Of a DNA stretch of 64,000 nt, positions 9,891 to 18,891 are shown in pieces. The translations under genes were made by a program, and so were the position numbers. How positions within the stretch are numbered: position 1 is the first letter of the stretch; every line of letters begins with the position of its first letter. The DNA lies in NCBI GenBank assembly GCA_016930835.1, contig JAFGGA010000160.1, forward strand, positions 138-64,137. The letters run 5' to 3'. Source of the stretch: Deltaproteobacteria bacterium (GTDB lineage Bacteria; Desulfobacterota; DSM-4660; Desulfatiglandales; HGW-15). Below the pieces are notes generated by a model. The model had not been told where the DNA came from, did not search any database, and worked only from the letters and a program-made list of their open reading frames with translations.

Positions 9891-10936
9891 TGTCTGAGGT
9901 TTTATTTATTGAATCTCATAAAATTGGGCCTGAATGTAAAACGTTCATTATAGGGGAAATTGCCCAGGCACATGATGGCTCTTTAGGAACAGCACATGCC
10001 TATATAGACGCCATCGCAGATGCAGGCGCGGACGCTGTCAAATTTCAGACTCATTTTGCAGGTGAAGAATCAACAATTGATGAACCCTTCAGAGTCCGGT
10101 TCAGTCGACAGGATTCAAGCCGATATGATTATTGGAAGCGAATGGAATTTTCCGAGGAACAATGGGTTGGATTGGCAAACCATGCAAAAGAGCGGGGTAT
10201 CCTTTTTTTAAGTTCCGCTTTTTCAATAAAAGCTATTGAGTTATTACGTAAAATCGGCGTCCCTGCGTGGAAAGTGGCATCCGGCGAAATTGGATCCCAT
10301 ACATTATTGCGAGAAATGGCAAAAAGCGGTTCACCCATTCTATTAAGTACGGGGATGAGCGATTTTAATGAAATAGACAATGCAGTATCTCGCATAAAAG
10401 CGATGGGATTACCATTCGCGATATTCCAATGCACATCGAAATATCCCACGCGCTTTGAAGAAGTCGGGCTAAACATCATAGATGAATTAAGGGATCGATA
10501 TTGTTGCCCGGTCGGACTTTCAGATCATACGGGTAGCATATTCCCTGGCCTTGCCGCAATGGCTCGTAATGTTGATCTTTTGGAGATCCATGTTACTTTT
10601 GACAAACGCCTATTCGGTCCTGATATAAAGGCATCAGTTACCATTGATGAACTACGCACTTTAGTGGAGGCGAGTGAAGCCTTTCACAAAATGTTCGCCA
10701 ATCCGGTCGATAAAAACGCCATGTCTGCCAAGCTGACTGATACAAAGGCTATTTTTTCTAAAAGCATCGCGCCTTTAAGGCATTTAAAAAAAGGAACCAT
10801 ACTGGAATCCGATATGCTAAGCATGAAAAAACCTGGAACCGGTATTCCTCCAAACAAAATAGAAACAATAATTGGACGTCGATTAGCCCGTGATGTCGAT
10901 CCTGACAGGCTATTAGCATGGGAAGATATAGTATGA
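9890..10936 (+). CDS. neuB: N-acetylneuraminate (nonulosonic acid) synthase, NeuB family
   Basis: Contains FIIGEIAQAHDGSLGTAHAYIDAIADAGADAVKFQTH and LSDHT, plus a C-terminal SAF-like domain (MKKPGTGIPP). Its start overlaps the upstream stop (TAATG). Confidence 0.9.
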   Translation: MSEVLFIESHKIGPECKTFIIGEIAQAHDGSLGTAHAYIDAIADAGADAVKFQTHFAGEESTIDEPFRVRFSRQDSSRYDYWKRMEFSEEQWVGLANHAKERGILFLSSAFSIKAIELLRKIGVPAWKVASGEIGSHTLLREMAKSGSPILLSTGMSDFNEIDNAVSRIKAMGLPFAIFQCTSKYPTRFEEVGLNIIDELRDRYCCPVGLSDHTGSIFPGLAAMARNVDLLEIHVTFDKRLFGPDIKASVTIDELRTLVEASEAFHKMFANPVDKNAMSAKLTDTKAIFSKSIAPLRHLKKGTILESDMLSMKKPGTGIPPNKIETIIGRRLARDVDPDRLLAWEDIV

Positions 10937-12105
10937 AAAATAAAGATAAGCGTCGAATTTGTGTGGTTGTTAACAGTCGAGCCAATTATGGTAGAATCAA
11001 ATCCGTTTTATTAGCTGTGAGGGAACAAGAGAATCTGACTTTACAAATCATTGTTGGTGCTTCGGCCCTTTTGCACCGCTTTGGAGAGGTCGATAAAATT
11101 ATCCTTAGAGATGGATTCACCCCTAACGCCACCGTATACTCTATCCTTGAAGGTGAAACCCCTACAACAATGGCTAAATCAACCGGCATGGCCATTATGG
11201 AATTGTCAACTCTTTTTGAGAATCTGAAACCGGATATCGTTATCACCGTTGCGGATCGTTTCGAGACAATGGCCACCGCCATTGCCGCCAGCTATATGAA
11301 TATTTGCCTTGCGCACACGCAGGGAGGGGAAGTAACAGGATCCATTGATGAGAGTGTCCGGCATGCCGTAACAAAACTCTCGCACCTTCATTTTACCGCG
11401 ACCGAACGTGCGACAGAGTATGTCATTCGGATGGGGGAGGACCCTGAAACGGTTTTTTTCACCGGCTGCCCTGCGATTGATCTTGTTGCAAAGTTAGATT
11501 TAACCCTGCCTCAAGATATTTTTATACGTTATATGGGAGTTGGTCCCGCTTTGGATCCTGACAAACCCTATCTGGTTGTACTTCAGCATCCTGTAACCAC
11601 TGAATACGGAAGAGGTTTTGCCCAGATTAACGAATCTCTTCGTGCCATTGCATCTATTAAAATGCAAACGGTCTGGCTATGGCCTAACGTAGACGCTGGT
11701 TCGGATGAGGTATCCAAAGGTTTGCGGATGTTTAGGGAAAAACATAATCCTGGCTACATCCACTTCTATCGCAATTTCAGTCCTGAAGATTACGGCAGAC
11801 TCATCTATAACTCGGCATGTCTGGTTGGGAATTCCAGTTCTGCTTTGCGCGAGGGAAGCTATCTAGGTGTCCCCGCAGTTAATATCGGCACTCGGCAATT
11901 GGGAAGAGAAAACGGCGAAAATGTGATGCACGTGGACCACGATGCCAAAGCTATAGAAAAGGCCATAAAAAAACAGCTTGATAGGGGAAGATATAGGAGT
12001 TCTTCGCTTTTCGGTGATGGCCATGCTGGGGAAAAAATCGCTAAGATTCTGTCTGAAACGGAAATATCCATTCAAAAAAAATTATATTATATCCATACAA
12101 CATGA
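10933..12105 (+). CDS. neuC: UDP-N-acetylglucosamine 2-epimerase (hydrolysing), NeuC family
   Basis: Contains RRICVVVNSRANYGRIKSVL, DRFETMATAIAASYMNICLAHTQGGEVTGSIDESVRHAVTKLSHLHF and GNSSSALREGSYLGVPAVNIG. I prefer the ATG at 10933 (ATGA overlap with the neuB stop) to the track start at 10918. Confidence 0.9.
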   Translation: MKNKDKRRICVVVNSRANYGRIKSVLLAVREQENLTLQIIVGASALLHRFGEVDKIILRDGFTPNATVYSILEGETPTTMAKSTGMAIMELSTLFENLKPDIVITVADRFETMATAIAASYMNICLAHTQGGEVTGSIDESVRHAVTKLSHLHFTATERATEYVIRMGEDPETVFFTGCPAIDLVAKLDLTLPQDIFIRYMGVGPALDPDKPYLVVLQHPVTTEYGRGFAQINESLRAIASIKMQTVWLWPNVDAGSDEVSKGLRMFREKHNPGYIHFYRNFSPEDYGRLIYNSACLVGNSSSALREGSYLGVPAVNIGTRQLGRENGENVMHVDHDAKAIEKAIKKQLDRGRYRSSSLFGDGHAGEKIAKILSETEISIQKKLYYIHTT

Positions 12106-13004
12106 AAAAATATTTTGAAAATTGCGAAATCTGCGGATCTTCTGAATGGCGGATTGTTTTTGAGGGAAAAATCCGTGAGGGGGCTTTTGGCTGTTTGACC
12201 GAAGATAGCTGTATCATTGCCAAATGCGCTTATTGCAAGGTTGAACGGCTGAATGAGTCGGCGTGCAAGGATGAAAGCTTTTATAAAAATAAAGACTACA
12301 GACAATTATTAAACGAGCCTGATGATGCGCTTGGATTTCTTGTTGAACATGATATTATACAACTCAGGAATCTTTCCGCGCTATGGCCGGATTCTATTAG
12401 GAATAAATGTATCGCCGATATTGGATGTGCCGCGGGCAGTTTTTTGGATCATGTCTCATCTCTTGCGAGTCAGGTAATAGCGATCGAACCTTGTGAAGAA
12501 TATCATGACTACCTGAAAAGGAGAGATTGTGCCGTTTATTCATCCATAGAGAGTGCCCTTCCCGAATGGAAGGAAAAGGTCGAATACGCCTTTTGTTTCA
12601 GTGTCATTGAACATGTCTTAAATCCACTTTCCTTTCTGTCCTCGATCAGGGCGCTAATGAAACCCGGCGGAAGACTTATCATAAGCACGCCCAATGTTGA
12701 AGATATCCTGATGGATCTAAAAGGAGATGAATATCGACGCTTCTTCTACCGCGTGGTGCATAGATATTATTTCGGGCGGGATTCCTTTGAATACTGCGTG
12801 AGAAAGGCGGGTTTTTCAGTAGTCGAATCAAAATGCGTTCATCGATTCGGACTTTCTAATGCCATGGCATGGCTTCGGGATGGCCGGCCAACAGGCGATA
12901 AACCACTTGAACATCTCGATAGCCCCATGCTGGACCAATTTTGGAAAGGCTATCTGGAATCTATTGGTTCAGCTGATTATCTCTATTTCAAACTGGAAAA
13001 ATAA
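12102..13004 (+). CDS. Class I SAM-dependent methyltransferase with N-terminal zinc-ribbon
   Basis: N-terminal CEICGSSEW...CAYCKV pairs of cysteines and the SAM motif I IADIGCAAGSF. ATGA overlap with neuC. Confidence 0.8.
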   Translation: MKKYFENCEICGSSEWRIVFEGKIREGAFGCLTEDSCIIAKCAYCKVERLNESACKDESFYKNKDYRQLLNEPDDALGFLVEHDIIQLRNLSALWPDSIRNKCIADIGCAAGSFLDHVSSLASQVIAIEPCEEYHDYLKRRDCAVYSSIESALPEWKEKVEYAFCFSVIEHVLNPLSFLSSIRALMKPGGRLIISTPNVEDILMDLKGDEYRRFFYRVVHRYYFGRDSFEYCVRKAGFSVVESKCVHRFGLSNAMAWLRDGRPTGDKPLEHLDSPMLDQFWKGYLESIGSADYLYFKLEK

Positions 13005-13019
13005 TTAAAGCATTTTGGT

Positions 13020-13961
13020 ATGAAAAAAATCATCTACCTGGGAGCGGATGTTGGTTTCAAAGCCCTGGAACAAGAACTCCTTGGGAAAAAAGCCATCGCC
13101 ATACACGTTGACGCAATCCGGGAAGCGGTTGCGACTTCCCTTCGGGATGCGGATGCACTTCTTGATGCCTCCATGAAGATACGGATCACCAATGACATGA
13201 TCCGAAAAGCCGAAAAGCTGCAGATGATCTCTTGTGCTACAACAGGCTCCGACCACTTGGAGAGAGAAGAGATTGAAAAGCGCTTAATTCCGGTTCGAAC
13301 ATTAAAAGAGGACCGGGAATTACTAATGGGCCTCACCCCCGCTGCTGAACTTTCATGGGCTCTTCTAATGGCTTGTACGCGCAAATTACCTTCGGCCATT
13401 GATCATGTGAAAAAGGGTAAGTGGTCCCGTGAACTATTTCCAGGAATCATGCTGAAAGGGAAGCGTTTAGGAATAATAGGCTGTGGCCGAATCGGAGGAT
13501 GGATGGGGCGATATGCCAAGGCATTCGGAATGGATGTGGCCGGATATGACCCTTATATTGATCCATTTCCTGAGAATTTTATCCGCTTAAAGCTCCCGAA
13601 ACTTTTTAAAACAAGCAACTTCATCTCTGTTCATGTTCACCTTACAGATGAAACCAGAGGGCTTGTTTCGCGGAAATTATTGGAAAGTGCGGAAAATTGC
13701 GCCGTCTTCGTCAATACATCCAGAGGCGCGGTGGTTGACGAATCCGCACTTCTGGACTGTCTGAAGAAAGGGACAATAGGTGCGGCAGGATTAGATGTCC
13801 TTGATGGAGAACCCGAGATTGATCATCATCCTCTGGTGGAGTATGCCAGAAAGAATGACAATCTGATTATTACGCCGCATTGTGGTGGATTTAGTCCTGA
13901 TGCGGTAGCTCTTGTCTGCGCCGAGGCAGCCAAAAAAATAATCAAACAACTGGGCATATGA
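13020..13961 (+). CDS. D-isomer-specific 2-hydroxyacid dehydrogenase family protein
   Basis: NAD site GIIGCGRIGG, SVHVHLTDETRGL, the catalytic-region block NTSRGAVVDE, and ITPHCGG. Confidence 0.85.
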   Translation: MKKIIYLGADVGFKALEQELLGKKAIAIHVDAIREAVATSLRDADALLDASMKIRITNDMIRKAEKLQMISCATTGSDHLEREEIEKRLIPVRTLKEDRELLMGLTPAAELSWALLMACTRKLPSAIDHVKKGKWSRELFPGIMLKGKRLGIIGCGRIGGWMGRYAKAFGMDVAGYDPYIDPFPENFIRLKLPKLFKTSNFISVHVHLTDETRGLVSRKLLESAENCAVFVNTSRGAVVDESALLDCLKKGTIGAAGLDVLDGEPEIDHHPLVEYARKNDNLIITPHCGGFSPDAVALVCAEAAKKIIKQLGI

Positions 13962-15532
13962 ACATGGCGGATATCGAGACCCTTGCCGAGTCAATCAAAG
14001 CAAGGGGTGTTACGCACGTATTTGGGATACCGGGCAGCGGGCCAAGCCTGACCCTTCTCGATTCACTTGAAAAAAAAGGAATTCCTTTCTACCTGAATCA
14101 TTTCGAGGGTGCGGGGGTGCTAATGGCAGGTGCCATGGGAAGACTAAGCGGAAAGGCCGGCGTTGCGGTGGGGATCAAAGGACCCGGTCTGGCAAACATG
14201 CTGCCGGGAATAGCTGCTTGCAGGTTGGAGAATTTTCCTGTTGTCTCGCTTTCCGAAGCCTATCCACCCGACACCCCTTCACATACATCTCACAAGCGGC
14301 TTGATCATCAGGCCCTCATAGCTGGTGGAGCCAAGGGAAGGCGATTTTTCTCCTTAAAGGGCCCCAACTTTACTGATCTGGCAGTATGGGCTGAAGAAGA
14401 GGTACCCGGACCTGTTCATATGGATTTCTCAGCATCGCCGATTCCGTCGGATATGCCGATCCCCGGAAATAAACATGGAAAAATATCATCCGGTCCAGAT
14501 AGCCAAAAAATTTTTGATATCGTCTCTAACAGCCATAGACCCATCATTATCGCCGGGACCTGTGCCATAAGAAAAAAAATGGCCCCGGCGCTTAACAGCC
14601 TTGCCGTTCCATCCTTTAGCGTTGCGGCAGCCAAAGGCATTATTGACGAAACACTTCCACATGCGGCCGGAATCTTTACAGGAGTAGGAGGAGAATTCAC
14701 ACCAGAATTTTCAATTATACCGATGGCGGACTTGATAATCGGAATCGGGCTTAGGCACAATGAGGTCTTGAATGTAAAACCCTTTGGATGTAAATCCATC
14801 AATCTGGATCCTCTGGGTGATGAACTGGGTTATGGGTTCGAGTTTGATCATGTATTTTCCCTCGAAGCAGGAGATGTGGAAAGTCTTCTGGCCGGTTTGC
14901 GATGCAAATCCTGGGGTCTCACGGAACTCTCGGATCAAATCCGGAATATCAGGAGGCACATGCTTCGAGATTCTTTCATGCCTGCAAATGTATTTCGTAG
15001 GGTCGAAAAGTATTTCGACCATCAACTTAGGATTGTCCTGGACACTGGCCATTTTTGTACGATTGGAGAACATGTCTTCCGGATCCGGAAGCCGGAACAT
15101 TACCTCTCCGCGGGACAGGGACGATATATGGGCATCGGCCTACCATTATCCATCGGTGCGTCATTGTATGATCCGGATATACCCACGGTTCTCTTTTCAG
15201 GTGATGGGGGGATCGGGATGTTTATTTCAGAAGTAAAGCTTGCAGCCCAATTTGAGGTTCCCCTCATCATCATCCTGATGAGCGACGGATACCTGGGCTC
15301 TATTAGAGCAAGTTCCATATCGAACCGAATGACCGAAAGGCCCGTCACAATCCTTCAACCCTCATGGTACAGGGTTTTTCAAGCGATGGATATCCACTCC
15401 ATGATTGCGAAATCGGAAAACGACCTTGAAGAAATCTTAAATAGTTGGAGGATGGAAAGAGGCCCTTTGTTTATTGAGACCCGTTTTGATCCGGAAGCAT
15501 ACCAACATATGGTGGACGGGATTCGTCCATAA
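13958..15532 (+). CDS. Thiamine-pyrophosphate-dependent enzyme (acetolactate synthase-like fold)
   Basis: N-terminal GVTHVFGIPGSG and EGAGVLMAGAMGR. The C-terminal TPP-binding block is FSGDGGIGMFISEVKLAAQFEVPLIIILMSDGYLG. ATGA overlap with the upstream gene. Confidence 0.85.
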   Translation: MNMADIETLAESIKARGVTHVFGIPGSGPSLTLLDSLEKKGIPFYLNHFEGAGVLMAGAMGRLSGKAGVAVGIKGPGLANMLPGIAACRLENFPVVSLSEAYPPDTPSHTSHKRLDHQALIAGGAKGRRFFSLKGPNFTDLAVWAEEEVPGPVHMDFSASPIPSDMPIPGNKHGKISSGPDSQKIFDIVSNSHRPIIIAGTCAIRKKMAPALNSLAVPSFSVAAAKGIIDETLPHAAGIFTGVGGEFTPEFSIIPMADLIIGIGLRHNEVLNVKPFGCKSINLDPLGDELGYGFEFDHVFSLEAGDVESLLAGLRCKSWGLTELSDQIRNIRRHMLRDSFMPANVFRRVEKYFDHQLRIVLDTGHFCTIGEHVFRIRKPEHYLSAGQGRYMGIGLPLSIGASLYDPDIPTVLFSGDGGIGMFISEVKLAAQFEVPLIIILMSDGYLGSIRASSISNRMTERPVTILQPSWYRVFQAMDIHSMIAKSENDLEEILNSWRMERGPLFIETRFDPEAYQHMVDGIRP

Positions 15533-15557
15533 AACTTTCTGGATAAGGGAAATTAAA

Positions 15558-16568
15558 ATGACTGAAAAACATATTCTAATACTTGGCACCGGAAGCGCTG
15601 GGCAAAGGCACGCGAAAAATTTCTATTCTCTTGGTTGCAGGATTTCCTGTATGGATCCTCGTGCCGATAAGCTTGACAATTTAAGAAAGGAGATACCCGT
15701 GGAAGGGGTGTTTACGAGTCTCGAAGAAGCCTTGGATCATCCGGAATGTTTGGATGGGGTTGCCGTCACCTCCCCGCCCGTCTTTCACGTGAATCAGTGT
15801 ATTGCCGCCCTGCAGCGTAAACTTCCCGTGATGCTTGAAAAACCGGTATCACCCGATTTAGAAAGCGCCAAGAGGCTGCGGTCTGTTGTGAATTCAAGCG
15901 ACGTCCCGCTCCTTTTAGGGTATACATACAGATGGTGGCCTCCACTGGAAAAGGTAAAGGAATTATTGTCCGATAATATCATCGGGAAGCTTAGACATGT
16001 GAGTTTTGTGATGTCCGCTCATCTAGCAGATTGGCATCCCTGGGAAAATTACTGGGATTTTTTTATGGCCAGCAAGCGTCTTGGTGGTGGGGCGCTTTTA
16101 GATGAAAGCCACTGGGTTGATCTGATGCTCTGGTTCATGGGGAAACCGGACACGATTTCAGCGCGAATAGACAAAATCAGCGATCTGAAGATCGACACGG
16201 ATGATAATGTGGATATAATCATCAATTATAATAACGGTCCAGGCGTGATCATGCATCTTGACTTATATGGCCGGCCCCATCAAAAAAATATCAGGTTTAT
16301 TGGTGAAAAAGGGACCATCCTTTGGACCATCGATCCCAACCAGGTGGCAGTAGGGAAGGAAATGGAAGAAAAATGGGATATCTATAAATACGACTGTGAA
16401 AGAAATGAGATGTTTTTAAGGGTTGACCGAGAATTTATCGAAGTGCTGAACGGATCCCCCGTGAAGACATGCACAATTAATGATGGCATAGAGGTGTTGT
16501 CCATTGTAGAAGCCGCGCGGATTAGTAATGCTGAAGGGCGTGTGATTCAAATACGGAAGCAGGATTAA
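15558..16568 (+). CDS. Gfo/Idh/MocA-family oxidoreductase
   Basis: The Rossmann start is MTEKHILILGTGSAGQRHA, with an EKP motif (VMLEKPVSP). The start is set at ATG 15558; the track ORF start at 15474 lies inside the upstream TPP gene. Confidence 0.8.
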   Translation: MTEKHILILGTGSAGQRHAKNFYSLGCRISCMDPRADKLDNLRKEIPVEGVFTSLEEALDHPECLDGVAVTSPPVFHVNQCIAALQRKLPVMLEKPVSPDLESAKRLRSVVNSSDVPLLLGYTYRWWPPLEKVKELLSDNIIGKLRHVSFVMSAHLADWHPWENYWDFFMASKRLGGGALLDESHWVDLMLWFMGKPDTISARIDKISDLKIDTDDNVDIIINYNNGPGVIMHLDLYGRPHQKNIRFIGEKGTILWTIDPNQVAVGKEMEEKWDIYKYDCERNEMFLRVDREFIEVLNGSPVKTCTINDGIEVLSIVEAARISNAEGRVIQIRKQD

Positions 16569-16570
16569 AA

Positions 16571-17293
16571 ATGTCTTATCATGGATTCACTGTCCTTGCG
16601 GTAGTCCCTGCCCGGGGAGGCAGCAAGGGCATTCCCAGAAAAAATCTTCAAAAAATCAACAATATCAGCCTGGTAGGGAGAGCTGCAAAAATAGCCGTAT
16701 CCATTCCGTGGATCGATCGTGCCATTCTGTCCACGGATGATGCTGAAATCGCGGACGAAGGCCTGAGATATGGCCTGGATGTCCCATTCATGCGCCCTCC
16801 GGAGCTCGCCGGAGATCTTTCCTCATCGGTGGAAATGTGGAAACATGCATGGTTAAAATCCGAAGAGCATTACGATATGAAATTCGATGTTTCCATCTTG
16901 CTTGAACCAACCAGCCCTTTACGTAGAAAAGAAGATGTTGAAAAGACGATGTCAGCCTTGATGGATGGTGATCACTTCGCCGCGGCAACTGTCAGTAAAA
17001 CACCCGCTCATTTCACCCCTCATAAATGTTTGACTATAAATTATCAGGGATACATTGGTTTTTATTTAGAGCAAGGCGACCAATTCAGTATTCGACAAAA
17101 AATCCCGACTTACTATTTTCGAAATGGTGTATGTTATGCCGTAAAAAGGAAAGCGCTTGTAGAGAAAGGACACATTCTTGAAGAATCTTGCATCGCTGTT
17201 TTACTAGACCGACCTTTGGTAAATATTGATGAACCTTTTGATCTCGAGTTGGCGAAATTTCTTATTAAACGTGAAAAATCTTTCTCAAGCTGA
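16571..17293 (+). CDS. Acylneuraminate cytidylyltransferase (CMP-nonulosonic acid synthetase, NeuA-like)
   Basis: Contains FTVLAVVPARGGSKGIPRKNL, LSTDDAEIA and LLEPTSPLRR. Confidence 0.9.
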   Translation: MSYHGFTVLAVVPARGGSKGIPRKNLQKINNISLVGRAAKIAVSIPWIDRAILSTDDAEIADEGLRYGLDVPFMRPPELAGDLSSSVEMWKHAWLKSEEHYDMKFDVSILLEPTSPLRRKEDVEKTMSALMDGDHFAAATVSKTPAHFTPHKCLTINYQGYIGFYLEQGDQFSIRQKIPTYYFRNGVCYAVKRKALVEKGHILEESCIAVLLDRPLVNIDEPFDLELAKFLIKREKSFSS

Positions 17294-17404
17294 TAACTTT
17301 TTCCCATCCCAATCAAGTTAGCTTAAGTAATCAATCACTTAGTGAAGTTTTTGGATGAACCCTTAAGTGTCGGAGTTTGCTAAAACAGAGGAGTTTATGG
17401 ACTG

Positions 17405-18817
17405 ATGAAGGAATATATGGGTAATCCATTTCTGCTGATTCCTATAGAAATCAAGGTACGTGAATTTCATGCCAAACTTTTATTAAGTTGTTTTGCTGCT
17501 GAAACAGGTTTTAACGTAATTCTTGGTGATCAAATCGAATTACAGAGACATCTGGGTTCTTTACCTAAAGGGATTTATGTTGACAAGAGTGTGGTAAAAA
17601 CAAAGATAAAAAGTTTTAAAAAAAATATCAAACTTGGAAACAGGACTGTAGCTTGGTGTGAAGAAGGATTGATATTTCTTAATCCTGAAAGGTACATCCA
17701 ACAAAGAGTATCTGCCCAGGCCTTTGAAATGATTGATATCTTCTTTGCCTGGGGCGAAGTCCAAGCTGAAGCTATTCAAAAAAATATCAGGAATAGCGAT
17801 CAAAAACTCTGTATCACGGGCAATCCGCGCCTTGACTTGCTACGCGATCCATATCGAGGGATTTTTTCTTCCGAGGCCAAAAAAATCCGCGAAATTTATG
17901 GGCCTTTCATTTTGATTAATACCAATTTTAGTCTTTATAATCATTTTTATGGTCGCGATTTTGTCACAAACACCATGAAAGGGCAAGGGAGGATAAAAGA
18001 CAGGGAAGATAAAAACTTCTATATAAAGTGGTCTGATTATCTAGGTGAAATGTACCATCTTTTTCTAGATATGATAAGAGATCTAAGCCTAAATTTTTCC
18101 GATTATACAATCATTATCCGGCCTCATCCCTCAGAAAATCACCAGACGTGGAAAGATTTTTCCAGAAAGCTTCCAAATGTCGAGGTTTTTCATAAGGGAA
18201 ACGTCATTGAATGGATTATGGCTTCTGATGTCTTGATCCATAATGGGTGCACTACTGGCGTTGAAGCTTATATTCTGGGGAAACCGGTTCTGTCCTATTG
18301 TCCTATTACTTCTGAAACATATGATTCGATATTACCTAATGCCCTTAGCAAAAAATGTTCTTCATTAGATGAGTTAAAGATCCAATTAGAATCCATTATA
18401 AAAAATATCGAAGAGGACTGTCTTCCTAAACCCAATGCTCCAGATAAAGTTTCCCTGCTAAAAAAATATGTGCATGGCGCGCAGGGGTTGACGGCTTGTG
18501 AAAATATTATTGCGGCGTTAAATAAATTGGCCATTCAATATCCTTGTTTACATAACCACGATGGTTTCTCAACCATGAATATAACACGAAGAAAATTAAA
18601 TAACCTCATTGCCACTGCAAAACCCTTTATTAAAAAATATTTAAACATCGGTACAAAGCTTGATGAATATGTACAACAGAAATTTCCTGGACTTAAAATA
18701 GAAGAGATCATGGAGTTGATTAAAACTTTACAAAACCATACGAATCGCTTCGCTACAATAAATGTCAAGCCAATCCCGGCAACGACTTCCTGTTATATGA
18801 TTTTCAACAAAGAATGA
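17405..18817 (+). CDS. Hypothetical protein; candidate ulosonic-acid (sialyl-type) transferase
   Basis: 470-aa ORF in the glycan cluster. It contains E86-E87-G88 (WCEEGLIF) and H241-P242 (IIIRPHPSE), followed by a GT-B-like C-terminal segment SDVLIHNGCTTGVEAYILGKPVLSY. Low GC. Confidence 0.45.
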   Translation: MKEYMGNPFLLIPIEIKVREFHAKLLLSCFAAETGFNVILGDQIELQRHLGSLPKGIYVDKSVVKTKIKSFKKNIKLGNRTVAWCEEGLIFLNPERYIQQRVSAQAFEMIDIFFAWGEVQAEAIQKNIRNSDQKLCITGNPRLDLLRDPYRGIFSSEAKKIREIYGPFILINTNFSLYNHFYGRDFVTNTMKGQGRIKDREDKNFYIKWSDYLGEMYHLFLDMIRDLSLNFSDYTIIIRPHPSENHQTWKDFSRKLPNVEVFHKGNVIEWIMASDVLIHNGCTTGVEAYILGKPVLSYCPITSETYDSILPNALSKKCSSLDELKIQLESIIKNIEEDCLPKPNAPDKVSLLKKYVHGAQGLTACENIIAALNKLAIQYPCLHNHDGFSTMNITRRKLNNLIATAKPFIKKYLNIGTKLDEYVQQKFPGLKIEEIMELIKTLQNHTNRFATINVKPIPATTSCYMIFNKE

Positions 18818-18891
18818 GGTAAGGAATAATGGAAAAGAATGGCTTATGAAAAGGAAATGATTATGAAACAGATAATAGGATATCATTTTTT

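Noticed and set aside
14416-15348. Cluster of 82-150-aa ORFs on both strands (14416-14802, 14711-15100, 14784-15236, 15100-15348) inside the TPP-enzyme gene. Similar shadow ORFs occur inside the RND, rpoD, dnaG, mutS2 and helicase genes.
   Set aside because: All overlap CDSs with clear family motifs in another frame. None has a motif, an SD or a sensible start context. I treated them as frame shadows.
15474-15557. N-terminal 28-codon extension of the second Gfo/Idh/MocA ORF.
   Set aside because: The extension overlaps the end of the TPP-enzyme gene. The Rossmann fold of the family starts right at MTEKHILILGTGSAG (ATG 15558).
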